DNA from: Azolla caroliniana | Taxonomy: Eukaryota > Plantae > Polypodiophyta | Length of the DNA: 64,000 bases | Direction of reading: 5' to 3' | NCBI GenBank assembly: GCA_043228905.1 | Contig: JBHGNT010000011.1 | Location: 13,330,001-13,394,000 of the forward strand | Shown here: one piece after another, positions 39,701 through 47,596 of the stretch | Layout: each line of letters opens with the position of its first letter | How positions within the stretch are numbered: position 1 is the first letter of the stretch | Position numbers and translations under genes: made by a program | Notes under the pieces: generated by a model | Database searches by the model: none | Seen by the model: the letters and a program-made list of their open reading frames with translations, nothing else | Told to the model about the DNA's origin: nothing

Positions 39701-40323
39701 ACATCAGCATACTGACGATACTTCTCGGGAAGTTGAACGGTGGACTCCTCTTTGGTGGTGCTGGAGGGTTGTACTGATATTGCAAAGAGAAACATTTCCT
39801 CCTTGCGCCCTTCCTCACGCAACTGACGTAGCGAAATGGTTGCAACCTTCTGGGTAGATCCTTGGGTTTGTCGCAACCGGATTTCCCTTGTCCTCCAATC
39901 TATGTCTGGGTCATGTAACTCGAACCATGGTAATCCTAAAACTATGGGATGTTCTGGAATACTAATAATATTAAATGATACTACACATGTTAAGTTATCT
40001 AGGACAATATTAACGGGTTCCGACTCTTCTATGATATTACCAGAAGCAATGGGACGACCATCAATGACTACTACTGAGGCTGGACATGGGAGCTTTCTGA
40101 GAGATATCTGATGAGCTCGGGCAAAATTCCTATCCATGAAGCAAGAATTAGCTCCGGAATCTAGAAGGGCTAAGGTATGTACTGGAGGGGTACTTTTAGT
40201 ACTAACTGCTACTTGGGCTACGAACACATCACTAACTTGCTTAGAGGGAATGGAACCACTAATGGGCTGCACAGATCTAGGGCTGTCCAACCAAACGGCT
40301 CCTATTTTGGCTGGACTTAGTCG
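36733..40323 (-). CDS. pol: G3 pol (protease, RT, RNase H, integrase, chromodomain), probably expressed by -1 frameshift
   Basis: LLDSGA, YLDDLL, EADASD, HPQTDGQAER, GPF motif, EYEVAAILDSK..YYLVDWLGY; frame is open upstream of the TTG at 40290. Confidence 0.95.
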   Translation of the reverse strand, partial: RLSPAKIGAVWLDSPRSVQPISGSIPSKQVSDVFVAQVAVSTKSTPPVHTLALLDSGANSCFMDRNFARAHQISLRKLPCPASVVVIDGRPIASGNIIEESEPVNIVLDNLTCVVSFNIISIPEHPIVLGLPWFELHDPDIDWRTREIRLRQTQGSTQKVATISLRQLREEGRKEEMFLFAISVQPSSTTKEESTVQLPEKYRQYADVFDKVQANTLPHHRPYDCAIDLQPGKEPPWGPIYNLSPTELEVLRAYIEENLENGFIRHSKSPAGAPIFFVKKKDGSLRLVVDYRGLNKVTVRNRYALPLISSLLERINGARFFTKIDLRGAYNLVRIRPGDEWKTAFRTRYGHFEYTVMPFGLTNAPAVFQHMANDIFRDLLDDFLIIYLDDLLVYSKTQEEHDSHVLLVLKRLREHGLYAKLEKCSFGCNQVEFLGYVISSEGISMDPAKVKTVIEWHTPRSVRDVQCFLGFANFYRKFIQNYSKIVLPLTQLTRKGQSFIWSKETDMAFESLKKAFTSAPILGHVDPEKPFIIEADASDFALGSILSQQGNDEKLHPVAFHSRKFDAAEINYEIHDKELLAIVDSFMQWRHFLEGSPHQVTVFSDHKNLAYFQDARVLNRRQARWAHFLTRFDFKITYRPGKHQGKADALSRRSYLTPRPGEPAFDNQKQVILGPARLQAAQVFDMPVDSDITNTIREDLKTDAFAQAILAQIDPSRASCSQSQSPGTDYRQFKYCDGLLFFKELLYVPNGSCRLRVVQNCHDTYTAGHFGSTKTLDLVQRSFWWPRMRQFVEDFVRTCDTCCRAKMPRHHPYGLLEPLPIPSKPWQSIALDFITDLPVSKGFSAILTVVDRYTKMAHFLPCTKEISSEDTAEIVMREVCRHHGLPDNIISDRGPQFVSKFWKHLFKMLKVTCNLSSGYHPQTDGQAERTNQTLEQYLRCFLNYHQNDWADILQFAEFAYNNAIHASTKVTPFYAYTGYHPRWCVLETPEVSTNPCAEDRLERLRKIQADLSTQLQQAQQSHKDYADRHRLPSSFNIGDRVWLLRRHIKTTRPCEKLDYRRLGPFRIIGKINDVAFRLELPPQLRIHPVFHSSLLEPYHESTIPGRTIQPPPPIELEDGPEYEVAAILDSKIVRNKLYYLVDWLGYSPSERTWEPIENVTNARALLEDFHRRYPEKPGPQSKTTRETRRFKGGIVS

Positions 40324-40329
40324 TTTAAC
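40285..40329 (-). promoter_or_regulatory. Putative -1 ribosomal frameshift signal
   Basis: G_TTA_AAC in gag frame (40329-40323), 6-nt spacer, 11-bp stem GTCCAGCCAAA / TTTGGTTGGAC; pol is in the -1 frame. Confidence 0.8.
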
Positions 40330-41486
40330 TCTTCTTCTAATTGGCTAAGGACATCAAATTTGTTTGCGAGATTCAGACTATTAGTACTATTAGGACTATT
40401 ATGACTATGAGAATTATCAGAGATTCCTACTGAAATAGACTCGGGTTTAGTATAGTCAGAACTAACAATGACTTGGTTTACCTGCCTTCTTGGTCTATGG
40501 GGACAGTTTATCGCGATATGCCCTGGTCCACCGCAATAAAGGCATAATCGGTTTGTTCGGCGTCGTTGCTTTTCCTCCTCCGATAGCGGCCCACGACGAC
40601 GTGTAGTGTCAATTTCCATTGGAGTTGGAGTACTTACTGGAGGCGCATTATGTGACTCCCTTTGAAAAGGTTTCGCTACCGCTGAGGCATAGGTAGGCTC
40701 GGATCTTGCCCTCGGCATCTGAAATTGTCGTTCCGAACGTCGCTCGAAGAGGCGGTTGTCACATCTGACCGCTCGACTGATTGCTTCTGTTAATGATTTT
40801 GGCTCTTCAGGGAAAGTCAAGAGTAAATCCTTGACATCGTTGCGTAGACCATAGCGGAACTGCTCCATCAATGCTTGATCATCCCAGGGGATATCGGCGG
40901 CGAGTAGGCGGAAATCTGCAGCATATGCGGAGGCTGGACGGTCACCTTGGCGTAATCGCCGGATTTTGTTGATTGCAGTCCTTATGCTGTCAGTATCTCC
41001 AAAACATGCTTTAAACTCACTTATGAATTCTTCAAAATTATTTAGTACTGGAGATTCCTTTTCTAGTAGCGGAGCGAACCATGCTAATGCTGAGCCATTT
41101 AACAACGTGCCTACTAAACCCACTCGTGATGCATCGGTGGGATATCGGGACGGATGCATTTGAATAACTAACCGTACCTGGTTAAGGAACCCTCTAAACT
41201 GCGATCGCGTTCCATCGAACTTCGTGGGAAGGCCAATCTTGGGTTCTTTATGAATCCCTTGTGCTCCGTGCCCTTGTTGTTGCATTGCTACGATGGTTGC
41301 TTCGAGTTGTTGCACGCGTAACGCAAGTTCCTCATGCTGTTGTTGCGTTTGCTGCTTTTCTAAGGAAATTTGCTGAAGATCCCCCAACAAGCGTTGATTT
41401 TCTTGTTCCAAAGCATGAAACTTCTCTTTCAAGCATTGAAATTCCGAGAAAACGGATTGATACTCTTCAGCGCTAACGGTGGCCAT
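40317..41486 (-). CDS. gag: G3 Gag, 389 aa
   Basis: Coiled-coil N-terminus, PTKFDG..LLNGSALAWF, LRQG..ASAYAADF, PMEID, CLYCGGPGHIAINC. Confidence 0.95.
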   Translation of the reverse strand: MATVSAEEYQSVFSEFQCLKEKFHALEQENQRLLGDLQQISLEKQQTQQQHEELALRVQQLEATIVAMQQQGHGAQGIHKEPKIGLPTKFDGTRSQFRGFLNQVRLVIQMHPSRYPTDASRVGLVGTLLNGSALAWFAPLLEKESPVLNNFEEFISEFKACFGDTDSIRTAINKIRRLRQGDRPASAYAADFRLLAADIPWDDQALMEQFRYGLRNDVKDLLLTFPEEPKSLTEAISRAVRCDNRLFERRSERQFQMPRARSEPTYASAVAKPFQRESHNAPPVSTPTPMEIDTTRRRGPLSEEEKQRRRTNRLCLYCGGPGHIAINCPHRPRRQVNQVIVSSDYTKPESISVGISDNSHSHNSPNSTNSLNLANKFDVLSQLEEELND

Positions 41487-41560
41487 GGGATGAAGGAAAA
41501 GGGAAATAAGAGACTAGTAGGAAAGGAGGGAGACAGAAGGAAGAGGGAGACTAGTAGAGA

Positions 41561-41572
41561 AAATCGGTTCAA
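41561..41572 (-). promoter_or_regulatory. G3 self-priming PBS
   Basis: Sense TTGAACCGATTT is complementary to sense AAATCGGTTCAA in the LTR (41832-41821), ~27 nt downstream of TATAAAA (41865-41859); no tRNA-type TGG PBS. Confidence 0.85.
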
Positions 41573-41703
41573 ACTGTCAGGAACTCTATTAAGGCAGAGA
41601 AGGAATTAGTACTAAAAGAAGGATTAGTACTATTGTTGGGGAATAGTACTAAGACAGAGAAGGATTAGTACTATGAGAGGTGTCGAACTTTGAGAGAAGG
41701 AAT

Positions 41704-41751
<48 letters not shown>

Positions 41752-44464
41752 TGATGCGAAAGATATATGTATTATATGACGGAAGATATACAACAGTAGT
41801 TAGAAGGCTTAAGACTGGCGTTGAACCGATTTGGTTCGAACTAATGCCTTGCGCCTCCTTTTATAGTGTCTTCAGGAATACTCCTGAAGTTTCTAGAATG
41901 TTCCAGAGAAATCTGGAATATACATCAATTTCCCAATAAAACCTAAATGAAAATAATATCCTTCAAATTACAATTCATACCCTAATGGTAAAGTCTCGAC
42001 CCGTGTAACAAAAGGTTATGGGTTCGAGTCTAGTTATGACAGGACCTAGTTGACCCTCCTCTTCACTATAAACCGATCGGATGTAAGTGGATATACAAGG
42101 TAAAGTGCAACGCCGACGGTTCTGTTAACCGGTATAAAGCTCGGTTAGTGGCGAAGGGATACGCACAGACCCACGGAATCGACTACGACGAGACCTTCGC
42201 TCTGGTAACGAAGATGACGACGGTTCGTGTGGTGCTGGCGGTTGCTGCAGCAAGGGGGTGGCATCTTCACCAGATGGATGTGAAGAATGCGTTTCTTCAG
42301 GGTGATCTTGAAGAAGAAGTCTTTATGACTCAGCCCCCCGGCTTTGAATCGGAGATGAACAAGTCGGCGGTATGCCGGCTGAAGAAGTTGTTGTACGGCC
42401 TGAACCAAGCTCCTCGAGCTTGGAATGCGAAGATCACGCATCGATTGCATAAGATGGGGTTTGTGGCCTCGAAATCGGACTCTTTGTTGTTCATCCGGCA
42501 AGGCTTAGCTGGTCCGGTATGTATCCTGCTATATGTTCATGATCTAGTCATCATCGGACCAGGTGTTCCAGAAATCACCCGCGTCAAGTCCCTGTTGTCG
42601 GACGCATTTGAGATGAAGGACCTGGGGGACCATCATTATTTTCTAGGGATCGAGGTGATCTGAACCCGCGACGGCATATTACTCTCACAATGACATTACG
42701 TCTTGAATAGGTTGTACAAGTTCGGCATGACAGAATGCCAACCTGTCTCCACACCCTTGGACCGGAACCAGAAGCTTCGTCCCAACTCCGGACCGGCCTG
42801 CAATGAGAAACGGTTCGACAAATCGTCGGAAGCCTTATTTACTTGACTATCATGTGACCTGACATCAGCTATCCGGTCGGAATGATAAGTCAATTCATGC
42901 AGAAGCCGACCGTGGAGCACCTTCAGTGTGCGCAGCAGATACTACAATATGTAAGCGGCACGAAGGACCGGGGCCTGTTATACTGGCACGGTATACGCGA
43001 AGAGCTGGTCGGTTACACAGATGCCGATTGGGTCGAAGATGCATCAGATCGCCGATCAACCTTCGGTTTTATGTTTTCCCTTGGGAGCGCAGCTGTTGCA
43101 TGGAGCAACAAAAAGCAGCCAACAATGGCTCTATCAAGCACTGAGGCTGAGTACCGGGGTGCGACCTTTGCAACCTGCAAAGCCATTTGGCTTCGGCGAC
43201 TGTTGCGAGACTTGTGGATCGAGGTACGAACCCCGATCCCGATTTATTGTGATAACATCAGCAGCATGTAGCTCGCCAAGAACCCTGTGTTCCATGCTCG
43301 CACGAAGCACATAGAAGTGCACTATCACTTTGTGCGTGAGCGGGTCCTGAGCGGTGAAGTTGAACTACAGTATGTTCACATGGATTGGCAAGTTGCCGAT
43401 ATCTTCACGAAGCCGCTCGGATCGGACAAGTTGCAGCACTTTACTGACATGCTTGGTGTTCAGCATCTTGACGTGCCACACTTGAGGGGGAGAACGACAA
43501 AGAGACCGCTGATTGCGCTGGTGAGGGAAGAACAGAAGGCGGCAGAGTCAAGAAGGACAGAGCCGACCGAAGGAAGAAGGCCAAGACCCGGACATGGTCC
43601 AATGTGGTAATGGGCTTGGAACCAGAAGAAGAATCGGGAGTAACCGATTTGGACAAGAGCTGGAACGAATTGGAGATAGTCGATTCGGTTCAAAAGACAA
43701 ATTCGAAAGAATCGGATCAATTCAAGGCCAAGCAGACACGAATGCAGTGGAAGTCGATGCCATCACGGAGGAACCGACGGATCAGCTAGCGTCGGGGTCA
43801 TAGCAACAAAGGATCTGAGAGGGGTCTATGGAGCAGACATGCCCACCAAGAAGGTTGAGGCGCGCAGAACCAGAAGGGTCGCGGCAAACGGGACCGGACC
43901 GGACGAGGAGCGCAAGCAAGGCGAAGCGACGCCATGAGAAGTCGGTTGGAAGAACCGACTGCCACAGAGACTGACACTAAGATCCAACCTCAACTTGAGC
44001 TTGAGGGGGAGTGTTGAGCGGCAAGCTCAACTGGAGCTGGATCGGTGTTATTCTCTTAGCCGGACAAGGCCTAACACAAGGTGTCACGGAGACACTTCAC
44101 CAAAGGGTGATTACGGCATAGGATTAAGATTCAACGATTACACCGACTTACGTAGGTTACACGATTAGATTGCTTTGGTTAATTACACGCGTAAGATATA
44201 ACAGTGATTACAGAACGGAAATCAAGACAGAAGTATAAACAACATAAGCTCTACTAATTATCCGCTGTCATTACAATAGGGTCCGGCCTTTAAATAGGTT
44301 TCCGGCCCGTAGTACAAAACGGTGCCTCTCGCACCTATTCGGGATCCGTCCGGATCTGGAACGTCATACCGTTTCCAGTCCGTCCGTCCACACTTTGCTC
44401 ATTTACAACCATATCTAATTAATTCCTTCACTCCGTATTTGGGACTCCTTGCCGGCCGGTAACA

Positions 44465-44504
44465 CATGGCACGCCCGTGGGACAGTACCTTGTACGTCGA
44501 ACCC
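44465..44504 (-). promoter_or_regulatory. tRNA-Arg 3'-half-like motif in place of a polypurine tract
   Basis: Sense GGGTTCGAC-GTACaagGTAC-TGTCCCACGGGCGTGCCA-TG directly before the LTR; conserved at 2580-2621 and 58484-58526. Confidence 0.8.
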
Positions 44505-44591
44505 TTCTCGGCCCCTTCATTGTTCACCCAAATTGTCCAAAATAGTTTGTTCAAGAATTTCCACTTGTTCTTCCGGTTGTGGTTGTTGCGG

Positions 44592-47216
44592 CTATGCTTG
44601 CTGCTGCTGCTGTGGTTGCGGTTGGGACTGAGGCTGCTCCGGCTGCTCTGCTTGCTGCTGCTGCTCCGTTTGTTTCGCTGACTCCGGCTGCTCCGTTTGT
44701 CTCTCTGGCTCCGGCATCTCCGTTTGACTGCTTCCGGTTCGGTCTCCTTCCAGTAACGGTTCCTCATCACTGAGGTTGACCGTAACTGGTTCTCGTTCTT
44801 TCTCTCCCCGGATCCGGGACCTCTCGTAGCTTTCAAATTGGATCTGCGCCTCAAGCCTGTCGTCGTCCAGCTGAGCTACAAGTTGCCGGACTTGCTCTAA
44901 TTGGTCTTCTGCCAAGGCTTGAAAGTCTTCGGCAAGCTCATCTCTTATGCCGGTGAAGTCTTCGGAAGTCAGCATATAGCAATCATCTCCCTCCTTCCGC
45001 CGGTTCTCTACGTCAGCCCGGAGCAATTGGAGTTCCGCCGCGTTCGTGGCCCACTTGGTCCACCATTTGACGGACCCGTTGTCAATCAAGCTCTTGGTCT
45101 GGTTCAACCAGGCCCGCATTATATCCTGGATGCGACTTGCTCCCATTTGTGCTCTGCTTTCCACCACTTGTCGCTCCTCCTTCAACTGCTTGATGAGATT
45201 TGCCGTATCCTCCGCCTGCTCCCTGTAGCGCGTCAGCTGCCCTTGATATGTCGTTTGCAGCCTCTGCAGTACCTCCGCCGCTCTTTCTTTTTCCGCCTGT
45301 TGTTGCCTGAGGAGCTCTGTCTGAACCTTCTCCGCCTCTTCCAACCGTCTTCTGTTTTCCGCTTGTTCCTTGGCGAATGCGGTTGCGGTCCAATCAACTG
45401 CTTGCCTGAGCTCATCCGTCCGTTCCTTGTGCTCCGTTTGCAACCGTTTATACTCCCGGTGCAATTGCTCAAATTCCTCCGTTTTTTGTTTGAGCTTGCC
45501 GTTGATCTGGCGATGGTTCCGGTCCTCCCGGTCCTTTACCTGCCGGAGTTCCTCTTTCAGGCGCTCTACTTCTGTTTCGGCGTTCCTCCGGAGCCTCTCC
45601 TTCTCTTGCAGCATTTTCTCCTTCTCCTCCTTGAGCCGGTCGTACGCTTGGTGGCCTTTCCGTAAGCCCTCCTCGGCCCGGCGTAGATTCTCCGCAGTCT
45701 TTTTGAGTTCCGCCTCCGCTGCCGTCTTCAATTCTCTTTCGCGGCTCCTCAGCGCTTCTTGGGCAGCAAGCTCATCTTTTAAATCCGCAAGCTCTTGGGC
45801 TTGTGCCGCATTTCTCTCCGGAACGGTTTCCGTTGCCGGGGTCTGATTGCTATGTACAGGTTGATCTGCCGCTTTATTCTGTACATTGCCCGGAGTCACC
45901 GGTGCTTGGACTTGTGTTGTCAAAGCCACTTGCGCCATTTCCCTTGTGACCCTGTCCAAGTCTTGTTCAAGGCTCCGGATTTTGGACCGGGCCGTCTCTA
46001 GATCTACGGTTGTGACGAGCAACCGTTCCTGGTGCGCTCTCTCTTCCGCCTCTATATACTCGACCACTCCGGCGATTTGCTCGCCTACCCACCGTAGCCA
46101 CATGCTACTGGTGCCCTGTTGCTGTACTGGTCGGGTCGGCTCATTCACTGTGGAATTGTCTGGCCTGATTGCCTGCATATGCCGTTCTGGTTCTACTCCT
46201 TGGCCGCCGTGTGCTCTGGCTGGGCTCGCCGGCTGTTGAGTTCCGGTTCTCGCCGTCTCCGGAGCCGTTGGACTGACTTCTTCTATAGAAGTCGACAAGA
46301 CCGGTTCCCTACGCACCGGTTCCGGTTCTTCCCTTGTGGTTTGCTCAGGTTGAGTTGGGGGCATTTCTGCCTCTCGCGGGTACGACCGCTCCCCTCCTGT
46401 CTCGGCGGTCCTACTTCTTGACCGTCGTTGGAGGTGCTCTTCTGGCTCCTCCGTTTCCTCTTCCTGTGTCACGGCATGTTTCTGTGCCGTCAAGGGTTCC
46501 GGTTCCTTCTGTCCTGGTCTCCGTAAGGTTATCTTGACGGGTCGGACCGGTGACACCTCCTCCGGTTCTGGGACCCGTTTCTTCCCTTTCGTCGCCTTCG
46601 ACGCCAGCAGCTGCTGTCGTTTGGACGCCGGCTTCGAGGTGCTTCCTTCCGATACTCTTGGCCGCTTCTTTGGCTGGACGGTCTCGACCGGCGGCACGAG
46701 CAATGTTATCCATTGAGCTACGGCGTGCCACAGCTTCCGGCCCTCCTTGCCGTCCTTCCCTCGTACCATGTCGATTGCCATGCACAACCCGTCTGCAATC
46801 AACACCGGCCAGTCCACCTTGATCCCTTCATAGGTGGCTATGATCATCCCTGCCCGATTTTTTGGCATGACAGGGGGTCGGGGGTACACGTGACCGTACT
46901 CATGGAGCACTCGAGCTATCTCCCTGAATAGCGGATCTTCGCCGCCCTGCGTCCGATAGCCTTTGCCGGCAACAGAGTACTCACCGAAATATCGGATGAG
47001 TTGCTCCGAGGTTGGGTTATCGATCTGAAATATTCCTCCCTCCGGAAGGCCTGTTAGCGCGCGGATCGCTTCCTCGGTGATGACCTCTGTGGCGAGCTCC
47101 TTGATGACCCGGTCGGCTTCTCTGTGCGGCGGTGCCTCCATGATGGCCAAGAACCCCTCCAGTCCGTTTTGCCTGAACCATTTCCTGGCCGCTTCCGACA
47201 GCGTTTGTGGTTCCAT
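44592..47216 (-). CDS. G4 extra ORF3: globular N-terminal domain, acidic/Pro linker, long coiled coil (probable start ATG 47216; frame open to 47516)
   Basis: Intact frame; N-terminus aligns by eye with homologs at 30808+ (MPLEVSKELRTW..YGMPKKKA..IDWG) and 60993- (MTILISSALRRW..YGMPKQKA..VNWG). Confidence 0.85.
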   Translation of the reverse strand: MEPQTLSEAARKWFRQNGLEGFLAIMEAPPHREADRVIKELATEVITEEAIRALTGLPEGGIFQIDNPTSEQLIRYFGEYSVAGKGYRTQGGEDPLFREIARVLHEYGHVYPRPPVMPKNRAGMIIATYEGIKVDWPVLIADGLCMAIDMVRGKDGKEGRKLWHAVAQWITLLVPPVETVQPKKRPRVSEGSTSKPASKRQQLLASKATKGKKRVPEPEEVSPVRPVKITLRRPGQKEPEPLTAQKHAVTQEEETEEPEEHLQRRSRSRTAETGGERSYPREAEMPPTQPEQTTREEPEPVRREPVLSTSIEEVSPTAPETARTGTQQPASPARAHGGQGVEPERHMQAIRPDNSTVNEPTRPVQQQGTSSMWLRWVGEQIAGVVEYIEAEERAHQERLLVTTVDLETARSKIRSLEQDLDRVTREMAQVALTTQVQAPVTPGNVQNKAADQPVHSNQTPATETVPERNAAQAQELADLKDELAAQEALRSRERELKTAAEAELKKTAENLRRAEEGLRKGHQAYDRLKEEKEKMLQEKERLRRNAETEVERLKEELRQVKDREDRNHRQINGKLKQKTEEFEQLHREYKRLQTEHKERTDELRQAVDWTATAFAKEQAENRRRLEEAEKVQTELLRQQQAEKERAAEVLQRLQTTYQGQLTRYREQAEDTANLIKQLKEERQVVESRAQMGASRIQDIMRAWLNQTKSLIDNGSVKWWTKWATNAAELQLLRADVENRRKEGDDCYMLTSEDFTGIRDELAEDFQALAEDQLEQVRQLVAQLDDDRLEAQIQFESYERSRIRGEKEREPVTVNLSDEEPLLEGDRTGSSQTEMPEPERQTEQPESAKQTEQQQQAEQPEQPQSQPQPQQQQQA

Positions 47217-47539
47217 GTCTGCTTCAAGGTCGAGGGAAGATGGCGAGGTAGAGTGGTGATGAGAGTGAGAGCGAGAGAGAGAGCGTTCTGAGCGCGGAGG
47301 TTCTCTGCGTGCAGGTTCGCGTTTGCTCAGCTTCCACTGTCTTGGTGCTTCTGTGCTTCTTGGCTCGCGAAATGAAAAGGTCTCCATGCGTTCTGCTTCT
47401 TCTTTGTGCGTTTTGGCGCCTTTTTCGAGCATGCACACGTCGTGTACCAATTTAGTATTAAGTAGCGTGGCGTCCCTTAAATGCCCACTACGTACCTTTT
47501 CGCGCCTTGCTTTCACACCCGTTCATACCTCGATTTTTA

Positions 47540-47577
<38 letters not shown>

Positions 47578-47596
47578 TTAATGACGGTGTGTGACC

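Larger units (their letters stand above)
36270..42041 (-). mobile_element. Intact Tcn1/Tf1-type chromoviral Gypsy (G3)
   Basis: LTRs 36270-36740 and 41575-42041 look identical except (GA)22 vs (GA)20; TSD GGACC; PPT aaaggggggatag; uninterrupted gag and pol. Confidence 0.97.

Noticed and set aside
44592-47516. env gene
   Set aside because: No signal peptide or transmembrane segment is visible; the protein is hydrophilic coiled coil.
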